A stretch of 64,000 bases of DNA, taken from IMG/VR virus record IMGVR_UViG_3300032236_002285, positions 186,001 through 250,000 of that record; one strand, written 5' to 3'. The notes below the pieces were generated by a model. The model saw nothing but the letters and a program-made list of their open reading frames with translations, did no database searches and was not told the origin of the DNA. The translations under genes and the position numbers were made by a program. Of this stretch, positions 38,273-47,260 are shown one piece after another (position 1 is the first letter of the stretch; every line of letters starts with the position of its first letter).

Positions 38273-38427
38273 AAATAAAATTAATCCTAGCAATACCAAT
38301 GCTTCTTTTAGCTACTCTAATATTTAATGAGGTTATCAACAAAGATTATGATATTTGGTATAAAATAATAATTTCAATATTTGGTGCATTTTTTATCTAT
38401 GAACCAATTAGAATTCTTTTACATAAA
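38269..38427 (+). CDS. small two-TM membrane protein (52 aa)
   Basis: Hand translation MKIKLILAIPMLLLATLIFNEVINKDYDIWYKIIISIFGAFFIYEPIRILFT. Confidence 0.55.
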
Positions 38428-38445
38428 ACAAAGTAAATTAGTAAT

Positions 38446-39516
38446 ATGAAAATAAACGAGCAGTTTTTAGAGAGCTATCTTAATAGCAATTCACCAACCG
38501 GATTTGAATACGAGTTAGGTGGTCAAAAAGTTTGGATGGACTACGTTTCCAAATTTGTAAATAAAGTAGAAATTGATAACTACGGCACCGCCTACGGTGT
38601 TATGGGTAATATGGACTCTAAGTTCAAAGTAGTTATTGAAGCTCACTCTGATGAAATTAGTTGGTTTGTAAACTATATTGATTCAAAAGGCTACATCAAA
38701 GTAATCAAAAACGGTGGTTCTGATGCCCAAATTGCTCCTTCTATGAGAGTTAATCTTTGGGGAAGTAAAGGACCAGTTAGTGGTGTATTTGGACACCCAG
38801 CAATTCACATTCATTATCGCAAAGACAAAGTAGATTTAGATTCTATCTTTATTGACGTTGGTGCTTCATCTAAAGAAGAAGTTTTAGAAATGGGTATCAA
38901 TGTTGGTACCGTTGCTACTTTCCAAGACCAATTCATGAAGTTAGGTACAAGTTATTACACTGGTCGTGCTTTAGACAACCGTATTGGTGGATTTATGATT
39001 GCTGAAGTAGCTCGTAGATTAAAAGAAAAAGGTAAAGAATTACCTTACCAATTATATGTTGTTAACTCAGTTCAAGAAGAAATTGGTTTAAGAGGCGCTG
39101 AAATGATTGCTAACACAATCAAACCTAATGTGGCTATCGTAACGGATGTTTGTCATGAAACTTCTTCTCCTTGTTATACCGCTTCTAAAGAAGGTGAACA
39201 CGTTGCTGGTCAAGGTGGTGTTATCACAAGAGCACCGGCTGTTCATAACAAATTAAGACAATTAGTAATTGATACAGCAACTAAGAAAGAAATTCCTTTC
39301 CAATTGGCGGCTTCTTCTCGTTCTACTGGAACCGATACAGATGCTTTTGCTTATTCAAATGGTGGAGTTCCTTCAGTTTTAATTTCACTTCCTCTAAAAT
39401 ATATGCACACAACGTGTGAGACCGTCCACAAAGACGATGTTGAAAATGTGATTAAGTTAATCTACAATACTCTCTTAAAGATTGAAGAAAATCACAATTT
39501 TAAGTATAATGCTTAA
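38446..39516 (+). CDS. M42-family aminopeptidase
   Basis: EAHSDEI, ALDNRIG, VQEEIGLRGA, TDVCH, YMHT motifs. Confidence 0.9.
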   Translation: MKINEQFLESYLNSNSPTGFEYELGGQKVWMDYVSKFVNKVEIDNYGTAYGVMGNMDSKFKVVIEAHSDEISWFVNYIDSKGYIKVIKNGGSDAQIAPSMRVNLWGSKGPVSGVFGHPAIHIHYRKDKVDLDSIFIDVGASSKEEVLEMGINVGTVATFQDQFMKLGTSYYTGRALDNRIGGFMIAEVARRLKEKGKELPYQLYVVNSVQEEIGLRGAEMIANTIKPNVAIVTDVCHETSSPCYTASKEGEHVAGQGGVITRAPAVHNKLRQLVIDTATKKEIPFQLAASSRSTGTDTDAFAYSNGGVPSVLISLPLKYMHTTCETVHKDDVENVIKLIYNTLLKIEENHNFKYNA

Positions 39517-39518
39517 AA

Positions 39519-39552
39519 AGAAAAACCCACTCAACTGAGTGGGTTTTTTATT
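39519..39552. terminator. bidirectional terminator between convergent genes
   Basis: AAAACCCACTC-aact-GAGTGGGTTTT. Confidence 0.85.
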
Positions 39553-39916
39553 AGTATTTAGGTATTTTCATATCTGTTGTAATTTCAATTCTGAAACCAA
39601 ATCCAGTATCATCATCTGAACTATATTTTACTTCAGAGTCGTAACCTCTATTACCATCAAAAGTCATAGGTTTTGGACCATTCATTCTAGCTTTTTTTCT
39701 CATTTCTTCTTCTCTCAACTTGGCTTCTTCTTGAGCAACCATTTCTTCAAATGTTAATCCAGGATTTGAAGGTTGTTGAGGTTCTTCTCTAGTTGAAAAT
39801 TGTTGAGGTTGATGTCCATATTTACGAAGTAGTTGTTCAGCCTCCCAACTATCAATATTAACTGGTGAAGTTTGTTCTTCTTGACTTTGTATAATTCTTA
39901 CTTCTGGTCTGTTCAT
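39551..39916 (-). CDS. hypothetical protein
   Basis: ORF. Confidence 0.65.
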   Translation of the reverse strand: MNRPEVRIIQSQEEQTSPVNIDSWEAEQLLRKYGHQPQQFSTREEPQQPSNPGLTFEEMVAQEEAKLREEEMRKKARMNGPKPMTFDGNRGYDSEVKYSSDDDTGFGFRIEITTDMKIPKY

Positions 39917-39920
39917 AAAA

Positions 39921-40352
39921 TTAATTTATTTTATCTAAATATATTTCATTTCCATATCTATCTAATTCCCAACCCTCTATTGGGTTGTTTTGTAAATATC
40001 GGTAATATATTTTTGTTCTTTGATGTAGTGCATCTTTTTCAGTTCCTTTACCTAAGCCTTTAATAGTTATCATCTGACACCAATCATTCTTACTAATAAA
40101 GTCGGGTAGAATACCATCAAAGATAGTTTTTAATAATCTGAATATATTTGTTTGTACTACTTTGAAAGTCCATTCTTCACCTTCTTTAACACGATAAAGT
40201 ATTTCTGCTTCACCTTCTGGTTTTCTATCTATTTCAACTCTGAATTCATTTTGACCATCTGAGAAAAAATAATAGTAGGTAGCACCTTCGTGACCACCGT
40301 ATTCAAATGTGTAAAACTCAATAGATTCAAATATAGATTTGATGTATTTCAT
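39921..40352 (-). CDS. hypothetical protein with MKYIKSIFES tag
   Basis: TAATATATA at 40357-40365. Confidence 0.7.
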   Translation of the reverse strand: MKYIKSIFESIEFYTFEYGGHEGATYYYFFSDGQNEFRVEIDRKPEGEAEILYRVKEGEEWTFKVVQTNIFRLLKTIFDGILPDFISKNDWCQMITIKGLGKGTEKDALHQRTKIYYRYLQNNPIEGWELDRYGNEIYLDKIN

Positions 40353-40408
40353 AGTGTATATATTAAAACTTTTGTTATTATTAAAGTATAAAATAATAAA
40401 ATATAATT

Positions 40409-40963
40409 ATGGCACATAAAGCACAACAAGATTTTTTTGAAAGCGTCAGAGTTAAATTTCCTGAGTATTTTACCGATGTTAAAGTTTTGGATATTGGTTC
40501 TTTAGATATAAATGGTAATACTAGACACTTTTTAAAACAACCTTACTACTACACTGGTTTGGATTTAGATAATGGTCCTAATGTTGATGTAGTTTGCCCA
40601 GCACATTTATATGATTGTGGATTTCAATTTGATTTAATTATGTCAGGTGAATGCTTTGAACATGATATGTTTTATCCAAAGTCAATAAAAAATCTTGTAC
40701 GTCTTTTAAGAAGTGGAGGATTATTTGTTTTTACTTGTGCGTCCACAGATAGACCAGAACATGGAACTTTAAGAACATCACCAGAGAATGCTCCATTTTT
40801 AGAAAAGTATGGAGAAGAGTGGTGTAGTTATTACAAAAACTTAACAGAGTCTGATATTAGAGAAGTGATTAATATTGAAGAAACTTTTAGTGATTTTTAT
40901 TTTCAAGAATCATTTTCTGGATACATTGGTAATGACTTATACTTTTGGGGTATAAAAAAATAA
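40409..40963 (+). CDS. class I SAM-dependent methyltransferase
   Basis: VLDIGSLDING, FDLIMSGECFEHD, LRSGGLFVFT. Confidence 0.85.
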   Translation: MAHKAQQDFFESVRVKFPEYFTDVKVLDIGSLDINGNTRHFLKQPYYYTGLDLDNGPNVDVVCPAHLYDCGFQFDLIMSGECFEHDMFYPKSIKNLVRLLRSGGLFVFTCASTDRPEHGTLRTSPENAPFLEKYGEEWCSYYKNLTESDIREVINIEETFSDFYFQESFSGYIGNDLYFWGIKK

Positions 40964-40971
40964 AATATTAA

Positions 40972-42660
40972 ATGATATCAGTATTAGTAGTAAACTTAAA
41001 TAATTTAGAATTTACAAAAAATTGTGTTAATGATTTAATGTTACAAGATTGTGAATTCAATCTAACAATTATTGATCAAAATAGTTCAGAAGAAGGAACT
41101 AAAGAATACTTTTCAACACTACCTTCAAATATAGAATTTATACAGAATGGTCAAAACACACATCTAAATCAACTTTGGAATTGGTTTGTAATGAAATCAA
41201 ATACACCATACATATGTTTATTAAACAATGATGTTAGAATTGCTCCTAATTTTTTATCATCAGCAATTCAAGTATTTGAGAAAGAACCAAATGTTGGTTT
41301 TGTTAACCATGTTTCAAATAATAAAGATTATCAAGAATGGTCTAATACGTTAGATTATAAAATAATTGAAACTCCTTATAGACAAGGATGGGATCCAATT
41401 TTTAGAAAAGAGTGTTATAATCAAATACCTCAAGAGTTATCTTTCTTTTATGGAGATGACTACATTTATTCTAAATTATATTCATCAGGAATGAAAGGTG
41501 CTTATGTGTTAAATTCACCTATGATTCACTTTGAAAGAAGTACAACAGTTGGAAAAGGAGGACAAAGAGATGCTTCACCTGATAATTTATATTTTCATCA
41601 ATTAGATTTGGATTATAAAAATATGTCTTTTGTGGAAGAATTAAGTAAATGGAAACCTGAATTTTTAACTTTAAAAAGTAAAAACACAAGAACTTATATA
41701 ACACACGTTACTAGAGATTACTTAGAAGTAGCTCTTAATTTAGCAAAATCAGTTAGATTATTTTCTAACTTACCTTTATTGGTTTATTGTATAAATTTAC
41801 AAGAAGAAGATAAACAAAGATTTGATGAATATGAAAATGTTCAACTTAGAAATGTTGATTTGGATATTTCTGAACGAACATCTGAAGATTACACATCTGT
41901 TGATTCTGGTAACTTTTATATAAATAGATATAGTGCTAGAATTTATAATATTTTATGTGCTAAGACTATTGCTATGGAAATGGCTTTAGAAGAAGGTTGG
42001 GATGAGGTTTGTTATTTAGACTCCGATTGTTTAGCAACGCCTTTAGTTGATGAATTATTTGACTGGATGTCTATTATAACTGACTATCCTATAGCTACAC
42101 AGGGTATTCATGATTATATGATTTGGTTTGAAAATGGTATTGAACTTGGAAATCCTTTTGCTGGTGGATCTTGGCCTAATGTTGATAATAAACTTTGCTT
42201 AGAATGGCCTTTGATGAGTTTCTTAGAAGTTGATGAAAATCAAAGAGGTTCTTATAGAACAACCGGTATAATGTTGATGAACCAGGACTGTTTACCTTTT
42301 ATAAAAACTTGGAGAGAATTTTGTTTTATTTTACCTAAATTAGTTAATATAAGAAAGTATGCTACTTATCACGAAGAAACCATTTATAATGTACTTTCTT
42401 GGAAAAAAACAAATCAAGGGTTTCCACTTTGTTATGTTAATATAGGCGAAGGCTTAGAAACTGTAAAACATTTTTATTCTGATGATGCGGTCGAGGGTAA
42501 ATTAAGATGGGATGATAATGATAATTCAAAAAACTTTTATAAAATTCCAGATAATAAAAGAAACTCTAAAGTTTTACATGGTGAAAAAAGAACATCAGAA
42601 GTTGATTTAATTTTAGACTACCTAGTAGAATTAAAAAATAATAAATATTTTAATGATTAG
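40972..42660 (+). CDS. two-domain glycosyltransferase (GT2 plus second GT-A-like domain)
   Basis: ICLLNNDV and CYLDSD DxD-type motifs. Confidence 0.75.
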   Translation: MISVLVVNLNNLEFTKNCVNDLMLQDCEFNLTIIDQNSSEEGTKEYFSTLPSNIEFIQNGQNTHLNQLWNWFVMKSNTPYICLLNNDVRIAPNFLSSAIQVFEKEPNVGFVNHVSNNKDYQEWSNTLDYKIIETPYRQGWDPIFRKECYNQIPQELSFFYGDDYIYSKLYSSGMKGAYVLNSPMIHFERSTTVGKGGQRDASPDNLYFHQLDLDYKNMSFVEELSKWKPEFLTLKSKNTRTYITHVTRDYLEVALNLAKSVRLFSNLPLLVYCINLQEEDKQRFDEYENVQLRNVDLDISERTSEDYTSVDSGNFYINRYSARIYNILCAKTIAMEMALEEGWDEVCYLDSDCLATPLVDELFDWMSIITDYPIATQGIHDYMIWFENGIELGNPFAGGSWPNVDNKLCLEWPLMSFLEVDENQRGSYRTTGIMLMNQDCLPFIKTWREFCFILPKLVNIRKYATYHEETIYNVLSWKKTNQGFPLCYVNIGEGLETVKHFYSDDAVEGKLRWDDNDNSKNFYKIPDNKRNSKVLHGEKRTSEVDLILDYLVELKNNKYFND

Positions 42661-44239
42661 ATTCGAGCAACCATCAAATGAAAATCCATTTGGAAAAATC
42701 TTAGTAAATATAGATTCAAATTACGATCATTCTTTATTTAAACTACCTTTTACTTTTAAGGTGGTAAATGATATAGATAAACAAGTAAAATGGCAGACTA
42801 ATGATATGCAAAATGGTTGGTGGGCAACTTATGTAGAGCCTTGTAACTCAGAAGCCTTTTTACTTGACTCAATGGATAATATATTATATAGTTGGAAGTG
42901 GGACACAGATAAACATGGTGATAAATCTCATAAATTCTTTTTAGATTGGTGTAAAAAAAATAAAGGGTCTAAAGGTATAGCTATTGGAACACATAATGGT
43001 ACAACAGGTGAATGGGTAGTTCCTGTTATGGATAATCTAATCGAGGCTTATTTAGTAGAAGCATCAGATAAACAATATAGCGAATTAGTTGAAAATTATA
43101 AAAGTAGTTCAAATGCTCATACTATAAAAAGCCTAATAACTTCTGATGGATCGGAAATTGAATTTTTTGAAAGTGAGGATGGATTTACAAATTCAACTTC
43201 AAAAGAACATGTTTTAAAATTTCATAATGATGTTAACTCAGTTATTAAAAAATCAATATCATTGAATGATTTAATAATTCAGTGCGGATTACAAAATGAT
43301 TTAAAATGGTTACATTTAGATGTTGAAGGTATTGATGATGAATTAATACTTAGTCTAGATGATACTAAAGTTAAATTGCCGGAAATAATTATCTACGAAA
43401 GTCTTAATCTAAGTGATGAAAGGAAAAAGAATGTCATTGAGTGGTTAGAATCAAAAAATTACCAATGTGAAGAATCTGGATGGAATACAATAGCTATTTT
43501 GAATAAATTAGATTTATCCTTATTAGTACATACTTGTGATTCTTATGAACAATTTTGGGGTGGTATGTTTTATACTTTAGATTCATACTGGGATTATAAT
43601 ATTCCTGTTTATTTTGCAAATGAAGAAAAAGAAATGTCTGATATAGTTATTGACTGCAAAGGAACACCATATAAACCAGATACAAGAATAAAGCAAATAT
43701 TAACTGGTAAAACTGATAAAAATGGATTCTCAACTAGATTTATTGAAGCAGTTAAACAAATACCAACTAAATATGTTCTTTATATACAAGAAGATATGTG
43801 GTTAAAAAGAGGAATAGATAATAAAGTATTTTCAGATATAATTTCTTTTATGGATGAAGTAAATGCTGACTCTGTTAAAATTCACGCAAAGTTATTTTAT
43901 TATGATAATTATCTTTTAGAACCTACTGAACATTTTATTGATAATCAAAGACTTTTAAAATATTTAGATTGTGACGCTTTATTAACACATAATGCTACAA
44001 TATGGAGAAAAGATTATATTTTAGAACATCAAATACCCGGTGAGGATCCTTGGGTAAATGAAATATCAGGTAGTAGAAGAATGTGCTCGAAAAAACACAA
44101 TCACTATCACTATAATATACATTGGTATTGTCAACCAGGAACAGTTGATAAAGGTGAACCATCTCAAGAATTTGTTGTCTATGCTCATATAGTTGATGAA
44201 ATGAAAAGTATGGAATTAAAATTAAATTTGAAAAAATAA
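42653..44239 (+). CDS. FkbM-family methyltransferase fused to glycosyltransferase-like domain
   Basis: IAIGTHNG...LVEAS...LHLDVEGID; C-terminal VLYIQEDMW. Confidence 0.7.
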   Translation: MIRFEQPSNENPFGKILVNIDSNYDHSLFKLPFTFKVVNDIDKQVKWQTNDMQNGWWATYVEPCNSEAFLLDSMDNILYSWKWDTDKHGDKSHKFFLDWCKKNKGSKGIAIGTHNGTTGEWVVPVMDNLIEAYLVEASDKQYSELVENYKSSSNAHTIKSLITSDGSEIEFFESEDGFTNSTSKEHVLKFHNDVNSVIKKSISLNDLIIQCGLQNDLKWLHLDVEGIDDELILSLDDTKVKLPEIIIYESLNLSDERKKNVIEWLESKNYQCEESGWNTIAILNKLDLSLLVHTCDSYEQFWGGMFYTLDSYWDYNIPVYFANEEKEMSDIVIDCKGTPYKPDTRIKQILTGKTDKNGFSTRFIEAVKQIPTKYVLYIQEDMWLKRGIDNKVFSDIISFMDEVNADSVKIHAKLFYYDNYLLEPTEHFIDNQRLLKYLDCDALLTHNATIWRKDYILEHQIPGEDPWVNEISGSRRMCSKKHNHYHYNIHWYCQPGTVDKGEPSQEFVVYAHIVDEMKSMELKLNLKK

Positions 44240-44997
44240 TGAAACCCAAAGTTAGTGTAATAATACCTTGTTATAATTATGATAAGTATATTGAACAATG
44301 TCTTATGTCTGTTGTTTTGCAAAATCGAGATTTTAATATTGAGGTTTTAATAGGTGATGACAATTCAACAGATAAGAGTATTGAAATTATTGAAAGATTT
44401 AGTAGGTATTATAGATATGATAATTTAAAATATAAAATATACTCACATGATAAAAATTTAGGTGAAATTAATAATACAAAATTTCTTTTAGATAATTGTG
44501 AAGGTGAATATATTGCTTATTTAGATGCTGATGATTACTGGACAGATCCAAATAAATTAAAAAATCAATTAGAGTTTTTAGATAATAATAAAGACTACTC
44601 ACTTTGTATAACAGGCTATATTCAATTAAAAAATGGTGTTGATTATAACCCAAATGTTAATTTTAAAAGCTGGCTTTGCCCTAAAGATATAAATAATATG
44701 AATTCTGATGCTCTGTCTAAAGGTAATATAGTTGGTTCATCATCTTCTAGAGTATTCAGAAATTATAAAGATTTAGTTAAAGATTACTTTTATGATTTTC
44801 CTTATTCAGATTGGGTAATGAATTTTGAATTATCTCTAAAAGGTAAAATAGGTTATTTAAATTTTCCAAGTTATGTTTATCGAATGCATGATAATTCTTT
44901 ATCTACAAAAGATTTACAAGCTGAGAATAAAGAAGAACTATATAATAAAAGAGTTAGTATTTTAAAGTCTGAGCTAAATAAATATCTAAATAATTAA
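44239..44997 (+). CDS. GT2 glycosyltransferase
   Basis: VSVIIPCYN, GDDNSTD, YIAYLDADDYW. Confidence 0.9.
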   Translation: MKPKVSVIIPCYNYDKYIEQCLMSVVLQNRDFNIEVLIGDDNSTDKSIEIIERFSRYYRYDNLKYKIYSHDKNLGEINNTKFLLDNCEGEYIAYLDADDYWTDPNKLKNQLEFLDNNKDYSLCITGYIQLKNGVDYNPNVNFKSWLCPKDINNMNSDALSKGNIVGSSSSRVFRNYKDLVKDYFYDFPYSDWVMNFELSLKGKIGYLNFPSYVYRMHDNSLSTKDLQAENKEELYNKRVSILKSELNKYLNN

Positions 44998-45073
44998 AAA
45001 TTTTATTGTATATTTGTAAAAAATAAGAAAAGGGACTAAACTTTTTTAATATATACACATACAATAAAAACAT

Positions 45074-45145
45074 TGCGGGGTAGAGAAGAGGCATCTCGCC
45101 AGGCTCATAACCTGGAGGTCAGTGGTTCGAATCCACTCCCCGCTA
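45074..45145 (+). tRNA. initiator tRNA-fMet(CAU)
   Basis: 1:72 mismatch, CCAGG-CTCATAA-CCTGG. Confidence 0.85.
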
Positions 45146-45309
45146 CAAATAGAAAGACAGGACAAATATCTGATCAGCCCCAAGAAGGTAGGGTAGAGTA
45201 CTCTGAACAAGTCTTTCTAAGGAATTAAAAAAATATTAAAAATATTTGGTGAAATAAAAATTTCACCGTATATTTGTAAAACAATTAAGAAATTATAAAA
45301 ACTAAAACA

Positions 45310-45387
45310 ATGACAACTATTACTAACATAGCGTATTATTATGAGGGAGAGCGTAGCTCAAACGTCAGACTAATGTCTATGTCGTAA
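45310..45387 (+). CDS. attenuator leader peptide 3 (Tyr/Glu)
   Basis: MTTITNIAYYYEGERSSNVRLMSMS; promoter 45245-45276. Confidence 0.85.
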   Translation: MTTITNIAYYYEGERSSNVRLMSMS

Positions 45388-45409
45388 TGGTTTCATTATG
45401 ATATTTTCT

Positions 45410-45440
45410 AACCCAGTCTGACTTTCAGACTGGGTTTTTT
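45410..45440 (+). terminator. attenuator terminator 3
   Basis: AACCCAGTCTG-acttt-CAGACTGGGTT followed by T run. Confidence 0.9.
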
Positions 45441-45455
45441 GTTTTAAAATAAATT

Positions 45456-45540
45456 GGGAGTATAACGTCAGCGGTGTGTAAGCCGCCCCTAATCAAAGAG
45501 ACGTATAGAGGTAACTTGTGTGCAAATCCAGGTACTCCCA
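45456..45540 (+). tRNA. degenerate tRNA-like element (no resolvable anticodon arm)
   Basis: Perfect GGGAGTA/TACTCCC acceptor and TGCAAAT T-loop-like segment; middle does not fold canonically. Confidence 0.4.
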
Positions 45541-45546
45541 CAAAAT

Positions 45547-45618
45547 GGTCCTGTCGACTAATGGTCAGGTTACAAGACTTTCAATCTTGAGATGCGGGTT
45601 CGATTCCCGTCAGGACTA
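45547..45618 (+). tRNA. tRNA-Glu(UUC)
   Basis: CAAGA-CTTTCAA-TCTTG. Confidence 0.9.
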
Positions 45619-45625
45619 CAAATAT

Positions 45626-45711
45626 GCTACGGTATGCAAACCGGAATAAGCGACCAGACTTTCAATCTGGACATCGAAAGATGTGTGCGGGTTCGAGCCC
45701 CGTCCGTAGTA
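45626..45711 (+). tRNA. tRNA-Glu(UUC) with long variable arm
   Basis: CCAGA-CTTTCAA-TCTGG then ACATC-GAAA-GATGT. Confidence 0.8.
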
Positions 45712-45718
45712 CAAATAA

Positions 45719-45802
45719 GGGAGAGCGCCAACGTTGGAGAGTTGGGCTTGTCTGTAAAACAAGTGGCTTACGCCTGAGTGGGTTCGATTCCCACCTCTCC
45801 CA
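45719..45802 (+). tRNA. tRNA-Tyr(GUA)
   Basis: CTTGT-CTGTAAA-ACAAG, V arm. Confidence 0.85.
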
Positions 45803-46103
45803 CAAAAAATTAAACAAAAAAAATGAAAAGTTGAAAGTGAAAGATGATAATTATGTTGGTAGTTATCTTTTTATCAAAACCAGTAATGTCACAGAACATT
45901 ATTAAATACCAACAAAAAACAAAAATTGATTTGAGATTAAATAAGTCAATTGAAAACCAAAAGGTTCTTTTTAAGAAAACTAAATTAGAATCTGATAACT
46001 TTGAAATTAAAATTAGTCACGATTAGCTGATTAATAAAAAGTTTAGAATCAGGTTTACTTTATGTTTAGACATGAAAGAATTTTTTACCAAAGAGTAAAA
46101 AAT

Positions 46104-46176
46104 GATGCTATCGACTAATGGTTTAGGTCGCCATCCTCTCAAGGTGGAAATACGGGTTCGAATCCCGTTAGCATTA
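46104..46176 (+). tRNA. tRNA-Glu(CUC)
   Basis: CCATC-CTCTCAA-GGTGG. Confidence 0.9.
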
Positions 46177-46241
46177 CAAAAAATTAAACAAATGTTTGGA
46201 TATTAAAAAAGTATCCTTATCTTTGTAAAAGAATAAAAAAT

Positions 46242-46313
46242 GGTCCCGTCGTCTAATGGTTAGGACAATGCCCTTTCACGGCATAGATTTCGGTTCAAAT
46301 CCGTGCGGGACTA
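46242..46313 (+). tRNA. tRNA-Glu(UUC)
   Basis: ATGCC-CTTTCAC-GGCAT. Confidence 0.9.
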
Positions 46314-46402
46314 CAATAAAAACAGATAACTCCGGTATGGTCTCAATCATTACTTAGAACCGGGCTTTGGAAAGTTACAAGTTGAGATTCTGTTTTTTAT
46401 AT

Positions 46403-46485
46403 TGGAAGGTGGCCGAGTGGTTAATGGCGCTTGACTGTAAATCAAGTCTCTTGCGAGTACGGGGGTTCGAATCCCTCCCTTCCAA
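46403..46485 (+). tRNA. tRNA-Tyr(GUA)
   Basis: CTTGA-CTGTAAA-TCAAG, V arm. Confidence 0.9.
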
Positions 46486-46550
46486 CAAAAATAAAAAAAA
46501 TTAAAAGGGAAGACAAAACTTTTTATATATACATTAATATAATTAAAACG

Positions 46551-46631
46551 ATGAAAAATTTAACTAACATATCAACAGCAATCATAGGAGGCGGCGCGGG
46601 AGCGAATGTCACTGGCTGGACTATGTTATAA
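46551..46631 (+). CDS. attenuator leader peptide 4 (Gly/Ala/Ile)
   Basis: MKNLTNISTAIIGGGAGANVTGWTML. Confidence 0.85.
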   Translation: MKNLTNISTAIIGGGAGANVTGWTML

Positions 46632-46655
46632 TCTTTCATCAAAAGAATTAAACGT

Positions 46656-46688
46656 AACCCAGTCAGTGAAAATTGACTGGGTTTTTTT
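46656..46688 (+). terminator. attenuator terminator 4
   Basis: AACCCAGTCAGT-GAAA-ATTGACTGGGTT followed by T run. Confidence 0.9.
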
Positions 46689-46692
46689 ATTT

Positions 46693-46776
46693 CGGCAGGT
46701 ACCGATGGTGTCTTATACACACTATAACCGTAGCGGGAAGTTGAAAACGTGGGTTCGAATCCCACCCTGCCGACCA
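46693..46776 (+). tRNA. D-arm-deficient tRNA-like gene, anticodon UAU (Ile-like)
   Basis: CGGCAGG/CCTGCCG acceptor, A73-CCA, canonical T arm, GGTGT-CTTATAC-ACACT, long V region, almost no D arm. Confidence 0.5.
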
Positions 46777-46836
46777 ACTGAGAAAACAGTAAATCGTGAG
46801 CCAACACTAAAACCATCCCACCAGGATGTAAAACTC

Positions 46837-46908
46837 GCGGGTATCGTATAGTGGCTATTACTCCTTCCTTCCAAGTAGGAGACGTCGGTTCGATTCCGGC
46901 TACCCGCT
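46837..46908 (+). tRNA. tRNA-Gly(UCC)
   Basis: Loop CT-TCC-AA; GCG acceptor, U73. Confidence 0.9.
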
Positions 46909-46916
46909 CAAATTTT

Positions 46917-46991
46917 GGGGTCACATGTACCAAGGCTAGGCGATGATGCTTTGCAAGCATCGTGTGGTGAGTTCGATTCTCACTGGCTCCA
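46917..46991 (+). tRNA. tRNA-Ala(UGC)
   Basis: GATGC-TTTGCAA-GCATC; G3:U70. Confidence 0.85.
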
Positions 46992-47010
46992 CAAAAAATG
47001 AATAGTAAAA

Positions 47011-47178
47011 ATGACTATATTCAAATATTTAGTAGATGGAAAACTTTACTTCTTGTACAATGGAGTAAATGGATATATTGCTATACCATTTGAGCATAGT
47101 GGAAATACTATATCAAATCCAAATCTTGATGAATTTGTACCAGTGAAAATGGGCAATGGTTCTGATGGATTTGTATAA
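47011..47178 (+). CDS. small hypothetical protein (55 aa) inside tRNA array
   Basis: Hand translation MTIFKYLVDGKLYFLYNGVNGYIAIPFEHSGNTISNPNLDEFVPVKMGNGSDGFV. Confidence 0.5.
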   Translation: MTIFKYLVDGKLYFLYNGVNGYIAIPFEHSGNTISNPNLDEFVPVKMGNGSDGFV

Positions 47179-47181
47179 AAT

Positions 47182-47256
47182 GCGAAAGTCGTATAGTGGC
47201 TATTATATCAGCTTGCCAAGCTGAGGACGGCAGTTCGATTCTGCTCTTTCGCTCCA
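47182..47256 (+). tRNA. tRNA-Gly(GCC)
   Basis: TCAGC-TTGCCAA-GCTGA; U73-CCA. Confidence 0.9.
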
Positions 47257-47260
47257 ATAT

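Noticed and set aside
45456-45540. Amber-suppressor tRNA from the CTA at ~45489, and TAG recoding of the genome
   Set aside because: No anticodon stem surrounds the CTA, and long genes translate uninterrupted in the standard code.
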